DNA of 64,000 nucleotides from Eledone cirrhosa (GCA_964016885.1 OZ024744.1:77686001-77750000); one strand, 5' to 3'. Positions 25,894 to 39,643 are shown, counted from the first letter of the stretch. Notes: a model not told the origin generated them from the letters alone. A program made the numbers and translations.

Positions 25894-27465
25894 TTAACTT
25901 AACTTGTAACATCCTGTACCACATAAAACTACATTAACAAGATATTTTTAATGGGTACAAAGTAGTGCTATGACAGCATCGCATGGAAAATTGGTCTTTA
26001 GTCTAATACTGAAAATGTTCACAGTGATCTGTCTATTGGTAAAAGTACTATAAATATTTGAATTAACAAACCACATGAAACTGCATTAACAAGATATTCT
26101 TGTTAAGTATAAAACTGTTCTGACTACATCTCATAAAAAATATTAATATCTCTATTTTAATACTGCAAATTTCCACAAAGAACTGTCCACTTGTAAAATC
26201 CATTTTTAGATATTTTGAGCTAAATCATTGCTTACTTGATGTCTAGGTTCTCTTCTATCTACTTAGTATTGTTTTCTGCAGTGTTCATTCTTTCTGTCTT
26301 TCCAGGTTTGACTCTGTCTTCAGTAATGTTAGTGTTTCACTACCAAGTTACCTTTTGTTTGATCGAGATCTTACATCCTAGCAAGTTGTCTTGTAATAAC
26401 TCTCAGTTGTTATCTCATTGGCTTATATCTCATTTCTCAGGATACATGTCACATACAATGTCTGCTTAAAAACGTCTAAGTAGAAATTGTAACGGATATG
26501 ACATATACTCGAATATAAGCTAACCCCCTATTATGTGCCTGAGAAATGTGGATGAGAATCCAAACTTTGTGTATATGTCTAGGCAACTAATCAACACATA
26601 ATGACATGGTTTTGAAATTTTCATGAGTGGAAAATATACTTATGAAGTTTTAATATTTCGATATTTAAAATGTTTTAAGTGTTGTTTAGAATATAGTTTT
26701 TGTTTCACCAATTTCCGAGCATTTTGAAAGCCATATTCATTCAAAACAAATTTCACCTCAAAAATGAAACTGGTGTAATATTCATCTACAAAGCAAAAAT
26801 AGTTTAGCACCTCATTTATGTAAAATTTTAAGTTTGTGAAAAAAAATGACTTCGAATTTAAGCTCTAACCCACCCACTCTTTTACCATTGATTTTTATTT
26901 ATTTATTTTATTTTGTTTTGTCATATTTTTCTGCTTATATATTGTAATACAAATGTGTGGTGACAATGAACCCTCATTCAGTTCTTTTGGGGGTCAAATA
27001 TCTATCTAGGTGTGTGTCAATGTCGGGATTATTAATGCTGTTGTTATGTCTTGCAATAGCTTGTTGTTTAATTCCAAGCAGTGCCAGATTTACTATTGTG
27101 CTTAGGTGTGCTTCATCATGGGGGCCCCATCTTCCTGCCCCCAAAAATGTTTACAATGAATTTTTTTAAAGTAAGGGGCCTCATAACTTAATTAGCAGAG
27201 GGCCTCATTTGTCCAAAATCCAGCTGTCCCTGGTAGACTAGACTTATATGATCATAGGCATTCCATTTATGACCATCTTATGTTATTTTCAGGAATAGTG
27301 CAGCACTTGTCAATTTGGAATATTTTAGGCATAATATTAACATCAGTCTCAAGAGAGGAGATTCCTCCAGACCTAGCTAATGAGCAACAAACAAACATCT
27401 CCCCAATTGTATTGTAATATGTTCTTTGAGAAGAGAGAACAGAATATTTCATAATGTAGTATAAC

Positions 27466-27658
27466 CCCTTTAGCATTTAAACTGGCTGTATCCAGCCACA
27501 ATTCTCTCTCCTCTTTCTGTTCAAACTGGCTACTCATACTGATGTTAAGGTACTGTTCTCAAAATAAATATCAAAATCTCATAGATTCAATACTATGAGA
27601 TAATTATGTGAAGTAAAGCCTTTGCCATGAAAATATAGAGTAATGTAAATGCAAAGAG
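27466..27658 (+). mobile_element. MITE family A copy
   Basis: ccctttagcatttaaactggc ... agagtaatgtaaatgcaaag. Confidence 0.75.
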
Positions 27659-29299
27659 TTTAGATATCATCATCACCATCACTCGTCGACTACTGTCGAG
27701 ATGATGGATCTCACTCTGATGCCCCAGAATTCCCTGTCCCCCATCGCTGCCCCCAGGTCCTGTCAGCTGATTCCCGTATCCCTAGAGATAACGTCAGGGA
27801 ATGACAGCTTCCTACTCCTAGTCAGGCTGGAGTCAGGGTTCCAGAGCAAGAGAGCAGATATGATTTCATTGCTGGCACGGTGACAGTGGCCAGCAAATTG
27901 AGCTCTCCAGGATTTTAGAAGGGCAGAGGTTCAGATATAATCTTACCCACAAATAAGACAGGGTGGTCATAGCTGTGACTGGCACTAAGCAAGCAATAGG
28001 AGCTTTCTGAGCATCTCCCTCAGTTTGTTTTCTCAGATTTTCAAATAGATAGATATATTGAGCCAAGTTATCGGCAATGGCAGCAGCAGACTTATCTCAT
28101 ATCCAAGAATTTAATTTCTTCTTTGCTGATCGTTTCCTTTACAGTGATGGCGTTGATGCAAGGAGAATTGATGTATTTTACTGCCAAATCAGAAGAACAC
28201 TACTATACTTTACTCACCTCGGTATCAAGAGAAAAGTGTACTAGATCTATTGGGAATATTACCTGCCTGTGATACTCCTCATCCTTCACACCATGTCTAA
28301 AGTCTGGAGACTCATCAGGTTGGTGCTTATCGCAGTTTCCATGGTGTTAAACGACTGAGAGTACAATATTCCCCCCTGGACACGACGCCAGGCCATCGCA
28401 GGGTTAAACTCCCAGCTAGTGCTGGTACTCATTTTTAGTTGAGTATACTGGAGCAACATGAAACAGTGTTTTGCTCAAGAACACTCAACGTTATGGTCAT
28501 AAGTCCAACACCCTTACCACTAGGCCGCATGCTTCCATGTAATTATATCTTCTTTGACTAGTAATTCCTGGCAGAGTAGTAAGGACACTGTAGTGACATG
28601 GCAGTTCTTGGGTATTTTTAAAATATGGCAGAACCCATCAATAAAACCAGGTCTGAACACAGCCAATTACTTCTTGAGAATAACATTGACAATCACCCCC
28701 ACCCTCTGGGTTAGCTCCATATTTTGATGCAAATCCTAACTATATCACCTAAGTTTGTTTTCTACTTGACTTGGTCTGCTAATAATTCACTCTGCTACTT
28801 ACTTCCGTGACTATCAGTCTCTGTTGTTGTTTTTCTATCTGAAACATCTCTGCATTTGTAGCAGTTAATCAAGATGTTATGCCAGTCATTAGGTATGACA
28901 CGATTATCTTATCTGATTGACTATGCATCTCAGTAACTTTAATTTGCTGGTTTCAGTCCCGTCCTTAACTGTTTTGTTACCAATTGGATACACTGCCTAT
29001 GTATATCAATTAATTTGAAGAATTTAATGAGAGAACCCGCCTTTTTATCAGTAAACTGATGTTTGAAATATTATTTAAGAAAAAATATCTTCAAAAATAA
29101 AATTATGATAGGTTTTGATATAAATACTTATATCAAAATTAGCAGTTTCGTATAATAAAACCAGGGTGTTTTCTGATAGTTTGCTATCAAAAAGGCTAAT
29201 GGTCCTTCTTACTATATAGCAGTCAACCTTACTCAACAGTTGCTACCTTTGTTGTGCAGCCTGTGCCTTCAAACGTAAGGTAGCAGAATTGTTACATGT

Positions 29300-29630
29300 C
29301 ATCATCATCATCATCATCGTTTAAACGTCTATCTTCCACGCTAGCATGGGTTAGACGGGAGTTGTCCGACTTGAGGTAAGATTGGTCGGGTGACCGTGTC
29401 TCGCTCGTATAGGACCATCTGGCTGGTTTTCTACGGCTCAATGCCCTTCCTAACACCAACCACATTTACAGTGTGGACTGGGAGCTTTTTACCGAATTAC
29501 CTACATGACCACATTAGTGTGGACTGGGTTTTTTTGTTTTTTGTCATGACACGTACACAACCTCATTATTTTGGACTGGATGTTGTGGTACCAACATAAC
29601 TTTATAGTGTTGGTGGGAGTGGGTGAATCA
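29300..29630 (-). mobile_element. RTE-LINE 3' UTR/tail element
   Basis: Reverse-complement match to 6500-6770, with a (cat)n tail. Further copies at 33809-34020, 37678-37912, 42645-43056, 43255-43362, 43940-44150, 58165-58222 and 63185-63563. Confidence 0.8.
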
Positions 29631-30044
29631 TAATTAGCATTGTTGTAACATTTATTCTGCTACCTTAGGTAGCCGCATATTTGACATGCCTGAGTGAGAG
29701 TACTCCTTTCTGCAAACATTTTTGCTACACACACACACTATGAGGGTATGTGAGTGTGTGCTTGTAAGTATGAAGCTGTGAGCAAAAAGAGTATGTTAAT
29801 ATAAGGGAGTGTGTGTATACAGAACTGTGAAGGGAAAAGCAGAGGTGTGTGTGTGTATTTAGCTGGTCTGTATCAGCTGTAAGAGTATATGTTTCTGACC
29901 ATAAGAGAGCCATAGGAATCTAGGGGTGAATGTACAAGCGCATGTGATAACGGATGGGGTAAATGTGACGGGAGGGGGGGGGGGCAAAGGGTAGAGAAGT
30001 AAGCATGAACATATGTGTAATATTAAAGTAATTGGGGAGAGGAG

Positions 30045-30690
30045 TTGAGGGAAACAGGACTCAAGGTGGTAAATCAGACTCTGTTCAGTCCTGGTGCGCG
30101 AGGTCTGTGATCTGTGATGTAAAAGGATACTAAGGACTGAGACATGTAGGGAAGAGTGACCTGGGGAGAAGAAATGAAGGGCGACGGGAGTATCTATACC
30201 AAGTCATATCTCCCTCAAATATTCAGCAAAACGCTCTGCCAAACGGTGTCCCGTTTGTCTGATGTATAAGGACCCGCAAAAGGAACACCAAGAGGCATAG
30301 ACAATGTGGGTGCAGGTGAAGGAGTGGCGGATAAGGAAAGAACCATTGGTGCCTGTGAAAGTGGTAAGGTTGGAAATGAAAGGACAGGTGTTACAGTGGG
30401 GACAAGAACAAGGATGAGAGCCAGGTGGAGTCGCGCTTAAGTGCGATGATAGGTGAGTTAGGAAAAAAGCGAGAAGTGACGAGGTCAGAAGAGAGGGTGC
30501 AGAAGGAACATAGAATGTCGCTGGAATGGTAGGGTAATGGGGTGGTAGGTGAGAAGGAAAGGAAGGTGGGTGTTGGGAGGGCTGTGGTACAGTCAGTTTC
30601 ACAGGTGAGAACAGCTTGGATTGGGATGGGGGGGGGGGGGACATCCACACAGGACGAAGCGGGAGGCCATGTAAAGGGAATGGGTTGCGA
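30045..30690 (-). mobile_element. Penelope-like retroelement remnant (Cys-rich linker + GIY-YIG endonuclease)
   Basis: CPHCNTCPFI...SFTCTHIVYASWCSFCGSLYIRQTGHRLAERFAEYLREI, then after a premature stop LGIDTPVALHFFSPGHS...RTRTEQSLIYHLESCFP. A second frame reads FCTLSSDLVTSRFFPNSPIIALKRDS. Confidence 0.85.
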
Positions 30691-31249
30691 AATATATATA
30701 TATATATATATATAACAAAGAAGGTGTGGGGAACTGTTATAAAGGATCCATTTCTCATCCCCAGTAATAATTGTTGAAAAAGGTCACTGGGAATTGTCAT
30801 ATATACAATGGCCTACAATTATAATTGACAAGGAAATTTTCTACAGACACGTCATGTGGAACCCATTTTTCCAATTCAAGTAGGACAGTTATATTGCTAA
30901 CATTGAAATACATTGAAATGCTCTCTAGTAGGTATTAGTAGTTGTTTTGGCATGATTTACTACATCAACCATTTCCAGTACCTCTGAAATGGGGAAACCC
31001 ACCTCCTAAATGTTCTTTCACATGCTGTATCAATAACACTAGTGATCTGGATAGATTTTTTTCCTTTGAACTTGTGAAACTCAGTCACATGTTGAATGTA
31101 TTCTTTTAGCTAGATCAAACATAGGGTTAAATTGAAAGAAGAGGTACATTACTTATATTGGCATAGTTAAATATCAGATAGATAGAACTTTGATAAATCT
31201 CAACATTTTTGGCTTAAAAATTACACAGAACATTCATTCTAATTTGATA

Positions 31250-31479
31250 TATACACTTAATGTTGGTGTGTGTGAGTATATGTATATATTTTAATGTTGT
31301 ATGAGTGTGCATGTGTGTGTGTATACACTTAATGTTGTATGTGTGTGTGTGTATATATATATATATACACACTTAATGTTGTATGTGTGTGTATATATAT
31401 ATAATATATATATATATACACACTTAATGTTGTATGTGTGAGTATATATATATACACTTAATGCTACATGTATGTGTGA

Positions 31480-31517
<38 letters not shown>

Positions 31518-31525
31518 TTAATGTA
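31250..31525. repeat. Compound minisatellite (tacacttaatgttgtatgtgtg + variable (TG)/(TA))
   Basis: About 6 units share the cacttaatg motif. Confidence 0.75.
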
Positions 31526-32215
31526 TGAGTGTGCATATGTGTGTGCTAATAGTGAAGATGGAGGAGATTGGTAGCTAAGGTTGAGCCATGGAACAGGTCA
31601 CCTTACACCAATGCTAACTAAAGTGGTCAAGAGCTGAGATGGTGTGTGGCAGCTAAATTGGTCATGGGTGTAGGGTGTATGGTTATGCAAGGTGCATTAG
31701 TGGTGGGGAGTCTCTATGATGGTTGGTGTATGGAGCCATGTGAGGAAAGGGCAGGGTTGAAAGCCAGAATTAGGTGAGACGGGAGGGAGCTATGGTTGAC
31801 TGGAGGAAAATGGTTGAGTTTGGGGAGTTGGTAAAAAGATAAATTGGTGGTGGATTGGACATGCAGTCACAGGGATAATAATTATGGGAAGAAACGGGGA
31901 ATGGTGGGAGTTTGGTCTGGTAGTGAGTTTTGGTTACTTATGGGAGAGTCTTGAATACATGTTTAGCTACAAACATGATGGAGTCCTACACAATGTCTGT
32001 CAGCATTCCAGAGATGGAAGCCAAATTGACATCAAATCAAACATCTTAAAAATGTCATGACATGTTGGACAAAGCAACCATGATTTACAAAAAGATGGGA
32101 ACAGTCTTATGCCATCATTTTACATCCACTTTCCATGCTGACATGAATTTTATGGTCCATCACAACCCAAGCCAATGTTACTGCTTTTCTAGGCAGTTCA
32201 GAGGACCATGACCCG

Positions 32216-32966
32216 CTTAAACATTCTATTTTTGGCATGCTTTGTATAGCTGGAAGCCCTTCTATAAGACCAAGAGTATACTCTATTGTGGCACAAGTAC
32301 CAAAGATGAATAGAAGACAGGACTATGTGCATGCATTTATTTGTCAGATTTTGTGTTAATATTTGGTCCCCACATATATTGTCTTCCTTTGACTGACTGA
32401 CAGTTTTTGCATTAGACCTCAGTAATTGCCATACATTGTTGAATTCTATTCTGTTCTCGATGGTGTGCATTCACTGCTTATAGAGCCAGGAGCCAGCTCA
32501 AACTATTCCTGGTGAACATTGCTTGAACATTCTATTTTTGGCATGCTTTCTATGGCTGGAAGCCCTTGATAAGACTAACTTCAGTGTAGAGTGCATTTTA
32601 CCTGGGCATAAGTACCAGAGAGGTTATGTCCTAGAGATAAGGGGTCCTCTCAATCTTAATGTCATCTCTGCTCATTCAGTAGCCACTAGGTACTGTATCT
32701 TACAAGACTAAAAAGTACTCACAACTAAATATTTTCCATTTGTTCAAGGCAACATAGCCAAAAGAATGAATAGAAGACAGGGCTGTGTGTACATTTTAAG
32801 TCAGATTTTTTTGTTGATATATTGTCTTCCTCTGACTGACGACTGACTGACTGTCAATTTCTACATTAGACATTAGTAATTGCCATACATGGTTAAATTC
32901 TATTCTCAATGCTGTGAATCCACTGGTTATGGAGCCAGCAGCTCAATATATCCCTGGTGAACATTG
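32216..32966. repeat. Diverged ~305-bp tandem duplication
   Basis: 32216-32521 vs 32522-32966 share acattctatttttggcatgcttt, atgaatagaagacagg and cctggtgaacattg; the second copy is ~140 bp longer. Confidence 0.8.
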
Positions 32967-33191
32967 ACATAACGCACACACATACACTGACTGATACACA
33001 ATCAAACAAGCATACACACACTCACTGAGACTAGTTTGTTTCTAAAAATAGATTGATAAGTGAGATATGTAATACAACTGCCCTCATTGACCTGATATCA
33101 TAAACATTGTACTATGTAGAGAAGTTTCATGTATATTAGTAATGCCTGTATAATTGTGCTACTGTTTTAGTTTCAATTCTTACAAGTTTAA

Positions 33192-33410
33192 CTTTTTACC
33201 ACTTACATTACTCTGCATATACTATTATATTTTCATGGTAAAGGTTTTAACACAACATCATTATCTCACACCTCACATAATATTGAATCTATGAGATTTT
33301 GATATTATTTATTTTAAGAACAATACCTTAAGATCAGTATGAGTGGCTGGTTTGAACAGAAAGAGGTGAGGGAATTCTGGTCGGATACAGCCAGTTTAAA
33401 TGCTAAATGG
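33192..33410 (-). mobile_element. MITE family A copy
   Basis: Degenerate TIRs with TTAA. Another copy at 33625-34123 is interrupted by an RTE-tail element. Confidence 0.75.
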
Positions 33411-35337
33411 TTAAACCCTACCAGAATTAATTTAGCTTTTTTTTTTACTTATCAATATACTGGAGTCATTTGTTATATATGTGCTCTTTTTAAAATGGAT
33501 TGGTCTTATTCATAATAAAGTGAAAATAAGAACCATTATTAGTAATGTATAAGGAAATAGGGTATATTGGACAAGTGTCTTTACTTTCAAAGTCCAGCCA
33601 TGTTGGACATGGGAATTACATTAACCTTTTAGCATTTAAACCAGTCATATCAGGCCAGAATTCTCTTACCTCTTTCTTTTCAAACCTGATTTAACTGGCC
33701 ACTCATACTGAGGTTAAGGTATAGTTCTCAAAATAAATATCAAAATCTCATAGATTCTAGATTATGTGAGGTAAAGCCTTTACCAAGAAAATAGAATAGT
33801 ATATATAGTCATCATCATCATTTTATGTCCGCTTTTCCCTGCTTGCAAGGGTGGGATGGGAATTGATTCTGGCTTGATTTCTACAGCTGGATGCCTTTCC
33901 TAACACCAACCTCATTTACAGTGAGTGGTGGGTGCTTTTTTTCCGTGACGCCTACACGTCCACTTTACCAGTGTGAGCTGGGTGTTTTTTTGCCATGGCA
34001 CCTCCACGACCACTTTGCAGAGGTCCCTATCATCTCATTTCTACAGCTGAGTAAACTGGAGTAATGAAATGAAATAAAGTGTCTTGCTCTAACCACTAAG
34101 CCATGTGCCTCCATGTTAAAGGATTAAGGGTATATAATGTGATTGTGGGATACTCAACCATTCAAAAGTCAGATCAGACACCCAGTTGATTGAACCACTG
34201 AGTGCTCATTATCAAAATTAATGGAGGATCTGTCAACAAAGCACCAGTAATGTTATCTGGTCAACACAACTAACTAAACTCATTTCTCTACTGACTACTA
34301 CAAGCCAATAAAGGTAATCTTTATATGGTTACTCAACCTGGTAGAAATAGCAGGCAAATCTTCAAATTTCACTCTCATCTTATGACTGAAACTCAGTCCT
34401 GGATATGTAAAAAAAAAAAAAAATAGTTGGATCGTCATGTTTGGAATATCAGATAAATCTATATATAAATTTGAGCACCTTCTGTCCATCACACAATGTG
34501 TCTGTTGTGGGGGAATGTATGTGTGTAAAAAGGAAGGGAATGGTGCAAAACAGCGGCTGGCGTTCCATTTGCTACACTGAGTATATGGTTGTGTGAATGT
34601 GTATTTTTGTAAGTCTGTCTGTGTTTGCATGTTTATGTTTATATACACATGCGTGTCAGCATGTTGAAAAAAATTATAGCGGTGTAAAAATTCACACACA
34701 AACAGAAATTTCTGGCCTTATGCCTGTAAGGAATTATTATGTTTGAGAATGCTAAGGGTTGTAACTATACATCAAGATTCTGTCAGTGTAGATCCCATCT
34801 TGGTTACCTGATTTTTTTTCATTCTTCTGGGGCCCTTGATTTAAAGCACGAGTCAAATATTCTGGGTTGATTTTTATCGACTCATCCCCAATACCATCAC
34901 CATCAACAACATTACTACTATCATCATTATTATATTGGCAGAATCAGTAGAGCGTTGGACAACATGCTTTGTGACATAATTACGGGGCCAAGGGCCCTGT
35001 AATTATGTCACAAAGTGCGACATTTACCCATCATTGACTTCATCATCATCACCACTACCACTACATATGCACACACCTTATAAATTGTTGGCCTTGCACC
35101 TAAATTTGACACCTTTAATATTATAATTACTATAAAAGAACATGCTTTGTGACAGTGATGACCCATTTAATTCCGAGTTCAAATCCCCTCAAGGTTAACT
35201 TTGCCTTTCATCTTTACGGGGTCGATAAAATAAAGTTCCAGTAATACACTGGAGTTAATTTAATTAAATTTCCCCTTCCCCTCCCTCCCAAAAAATTGTT
35301 GGCCTTGTGCCTAAATAAGAAACCATTATTATGTAGA

Positions 35338-35937
35338 CTAGCAGAAAAACCACCCTTTGGGTGGTTTTCTGCTAGCATGTGTGGTGTGTATATTGATATT
35401 ATACGCAAGTATATATATATATACATGTAGATATGATACATCAAATAAAATCGTAATTGGCAATATAAACAGAAATTGAACGAAGACATTGTTACATATA
35501 TGTAATCAATAACGTACGTAATCCATGATACATTAAAAAAAGACGATATTATATATTAACTGCATTAGGAGAAAATTAGTGACGGAAATATATTAATTTT
35601 TATTTAAGCGATCGCTAACCGAAAGTGTTGACATTTGAAAATTTTCAAGAAGTAAATCTTAAAATAAGCCACAAACTTATTTGTATTTAATCAAGAGTTA
35701 TGAAATTTAGTAGATAAATTAGGTAATATTCATTCATTATTTATTCAAAGTAACTTTGCCTTTCATCCTTACGGGGTCGATAAAATAAAGTACCAGTAAT
35801 ACACTGGGTAATTGCTGGCCTTATACCTAACGTAGAAACAATTATTTATTCAAAGTAATCCAACTTATTTTACAAAACGGGATAAAAAAATATATCCTGG
35901 ACGCAGTCCCGCACTCCTTTCTTTATTATAGTTTAGA
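35338..35937 (-). mobile_element. Non-autonomous Helitron family 2, full length, with a SINE insertion
   Basis: Minus-strand 5' A|TCtaaac; 3' hairpin agaaaaccacccaaagggtggtttttct followed by gCTAG|T. A truncated SINE at 35754-35840 has an 18-bp TSD, attatttattcaaagtaa. Confidence 0.75.
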
Positions 35938-36001
35938 TAAGGATTGGCAATAATCGGTAGAGCGTCGGAGAACATGCTTTGTGGCATAGTTACAGCCCTT
36001 T

Positions 36002-36616
36002 CATCATCATCATCATCATCATCATCGCTTTACGTCTGTTCTTCCACGGTAGCATGGGTTAGACAGGTTGTCCTGTTGTGGGCAGTGTCCGGTCAGCTGA
36101 CCATGTCTTGCTCATAGGAGAACTGCTTCTGGCTTGATTTCTACCGCTGGATGCCCTTCCTAACACCAACCTCATTTACAGTGTGTGCTACACGTGGCGC
36201 CTCCACTTTACAGTGTGGGCTGGGTGCTTTTTTGCAGTGGGAGGGTGTGGGGGCATATTGTCTATATGCTTCAGCTTCAGCTTGTACCCGTGGGAAGTCG
36301 GGTACTCTGTATTACTGCGTGACGCCAGAGGTCACCGTCGTGTGTCATCGCCTTTGAGAGGTGTAATTGGGTATGGTTGGCTTTTATCACTTCATCCCAG
36401 GTCTTCTTGGGTCTCCCCACTCCGCAGCTTCCATCGACTTCTAGTGCTCTGCACCTTTTTATGCAGCTGTCTTCCTTCATACACATCACATGTCCATGTC
36501 AATGCAACCTCCTCTCCTGCACACTGCACTCTTATACTCAATCTCTCTCTCAATTCGTTTATGCTTTGCCGTTCTAGTATATTACTATTACACATCCATC
36601 GGAGCATGAAAGCTTC
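36002..36616 (-). mobile_element. RTE LINE 3' fragment inserted into a SINE
   Basis: Encodes ASMLRWMCN...RQSINELRERLSIR and EVDGSCGVGRPKKTWDEVIK; (cat)n tail. The host SINE halves are at 35941-36001 and 36619-36762. Confidence 0.85.
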
Positions 36617-37026
36617 CCAATCCCACCGAGGTGAGGTTAGATTAGCCTTATATCCTTACAGGGTCAATAAAATAAAGCACCAGTAATGCACTGGGGATGA
36701 TTTAATCTCGACCCCCCTCCCCCGTCCCTTTAAATTGCTGGCCTTGTGCCAAAAGCAGAAATAATAGTTATTATAATGTAGAAACTAATTATCATTACTA
36801 TCATCATCACTAGAAATGAAATGGGTGTGTTATAATGTTATGTCTATCCAAGAAAATAAAATTATGAAAATATATATATAACCAAGTTGTAGGAATGATA
36901 TGGGTGAATGATTCAGCTTCTGATTTTCACACAGCAGACATAACTGGAGCCGAGGTAGTAGGTAGGGATGGGCTGACCTGCTTCCCCCTTTACTTGAGTA
37001 CCTTTATATATATATATATATATATA

Positions 37027-37415
37027 TGGCAGTATCGGTAGAGGTTCGGATGCCATGCTTTGAGGCATAGAGTTACAGCCCTTGCCATTCTGAGTTCAAA
37101 TCCCGCCGAGGTTAACTTTGCCTTTCATCCTTACGGTGTCGATAAAATAAAGTACCAGTAATGTACTGGTTAATTGCTGGCCTTGTGCCAATAGTAGAAA
37201 CAGTTATATATATATATACATATTATTAGGGCGGTGGATTGGCAGTATCAGTAGAGGGTCGGGTACCATGCTTTGCAGCATAGTTGCGGCCCTTTACGAT
37301 CTGTGTTCTAATTCCACTGAGGTTAACTTAGCCTTTCATCCTTACGGGGTCGATAAAATAAAGTACCAGTGATGCACTGGGATAATTGATGACCTTGTGC
37401 CAAAGGTAGAAACAG
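37027..37415 (+). mobile_element. Two tandem Meta-core SINEs
   Basis: Both carry B-box gttcaaat/gttctaat and gcctttcatccttacgg(t/g)gtcgataaaataaagtaccag. Confidence 0.85.
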
Positions 37416-37599
37416 TTATATATTGTGTGTGTCTTAAGTATATATACACAATCATATATATATATATATATGTATACACACACGAGTCCCGGGTTCAATC
37501 AGGGGTAACCAGTAACCACAGTGAGTAAGGTACTCAATACATGAGATGATTTCTTTCGAATGAAATAGTTCTAGTCCTGTTGAAACCATTTCTATATTA

Positions 37600-37679
<80 letters not shown>

Positions 37680-37908
37680 CCACACCCTCCCACTGCAAAG
37701 TGGTCGTGGACGTGTAGGCGCCACAGAAAACAGGCACCCAGCACTCACTGTAAATGAGGTTGGTGTTAGGAAGGGCATCCAGCTGTAGAAATCAAGCCAG
37801 AATCAAGTTCCCGTATGAGCAAGACAGGGTCAGCCGACTGGACACTGCCCACAACAGGACAACCCGTCTAACCCATGCTAGCGTGGAAGAACGGATGTAA
37901 AACCACGA

Positions 37909-37944
<36 letters not shown>

Positions 37945-37952
<8 letters not shown>

Positions 37953-38050
37953 TAAAATAACAGATTAAAGTTTAAGCAAAGAAAAGATCCCGTTAAGGGT
38001 GAAAGCAGCGATTCTTTGCTTAAACTTTAATCTGTTATTTTAATAAATAT
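37945..38050. repeat. Perfect 39-bp inverted repeat with 28-nt loop in a (TA)n-flanked insert
   Basis: atatttattaaaataacagattaaagtttaagcaaagaa, with its exact reverse complement at 38012-38050. Confidence 0.95.
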
Positions 38051-38136
38051 TTGCTCTACGGTTCTTATATATTTGATATATATTTATCCTTATCGAGCCC
38101 TCTTTGGATTTTAGTCTTCAAATTTATTATTATTAC

Positions 38137-38168
<32 letters not shown>

Positions 38169-38535
38169 CATACATAAAATTTTATATAAGGAAAGATGAA
38201 GCATAAGATTAAATGCATCACATTTGTGTACTCCTGTTTAAACCCCTTCCTTACTGTTAAGTTCAAATCCTAAAATAAGTACCTGTCAAGTATAGGGTGA
38301 AGGCAGTGTAGAGATGGGGGTCCATTTCGCTTTAATCTGTGGCCTTGTACCAACCAATGTAAGAAATTATTATTAGTTACTACTGTTATCAATGTTGTGG
38401 TTATCATTATTATTATTATTGTTATTATTAATGATCATCCCTACCAGCTGTTGTTAAAGGAGGTCATTGGGGCCCATCTCCTCACCAACCCACTCCCCTG
38501 TCACCCACCCACCCATCCACCCCAAACAGTTTCAG

Positions 38536-38680
38536 GGTGGTGGTGGTGGTGGTGGTGGTGGTGGTGGTGACAGGGTGCTTTCATAGCATTCTCTGTTCCA
38601 CCCTTTCACCCCTATCTACTTGTCACAGATTATCAGATGCTTTCCCAGCTAGCTTTCTCTCTCTGTTTCTCTCTTTCACT

Positions 38681-38766
<86 letters not shown>

Positions 38767-38812
38767 TCTCCCTCTCTCTCTCTCTCTCTCTCTGTCTCCC
38801 TCTCTCTCTCTT

Positions 38813-38898
<86 letters not shown>

Positions 38899-38900
38899 TC
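38536..38900. repeat. (GGT)n and long (CT)n microsatellites
   Basis: Direct inspection. Confidence 0.97.
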
Positions 38901-39643
38901 ACTTCCAATGAACTAACTCCTAGTTTACACATCACCCTCCACCACCACCAGAGCAAACCTGGAGTTTTAACGATGGGGGGTGGGGGTGAAACCACCCTTA
39001 ACCCCACCCCACCCCCACCCCCTAACCATCACCCGTTCCCCCCACCCCACATACATTCTGACTATTTCAAGTACATCTCCATTTCTCCCCCCTTAGGAGG
39101 AGTGGGGTTTTTTTTTCTTTCTGTTATGTTACCCCACTGCTACTCAACTTTAGAGGATGTTGGGGGTGGGATGAGACAGTGGGGTGTAGTGTGCTAAGAA
39201 TTGTTAACTAGTCAATGCCTTGTGTGTTATAGTTAATCATATGATCAATCCAGTGACTGTGTGTATGTATGTGTGTGTGTGTATGCATTTGTGCCTGATA
39301 TTTTATGCATTTATATGTGACATATAAAATTGTGTGTCGTATGTATATGTAAGTACATATATTTTGTGTATGTGTATGTATATATAAAATGTCATTTCTT
39401 ACAGACATCAATCTCCAGGAGTTGTAAGTTTCAATTTCAAAATGAGAATTTACTATTTCCTCTTCAACACTGTGGAAAAAGGGTCTCTAAGAGCAGGGTC
39501 CATTTAATTCTGCTTTTAAACAGGATTTCATACCAAACCACCTTTGGTTCTATGATAGAAAAGTATATTTATTTAAAAGTCTTCCATCATAATTTTATGT
39601 TTATGTAAAACATTTCTTAAGTTCAAAATAGTAAGTTAATAAT

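Noticed and set aside
27670-28300. GC-richer segment with short ORFs; similar segments at 25200-25660 and 26236-26440
   Set aside because: Many stops and no motif I can identify confidently; probably very old LINE debris.
37229-37320. tRNA-like A/B boxes in SINE heads
   Set aside because: No cloverleaf; followed by SINE core and tail, so not tRNA genes.
38537-39197. Poly-LS / poly-RE ORFs
   Set aside because: Artefact of (CT)n and (GGT)n microsatellites.
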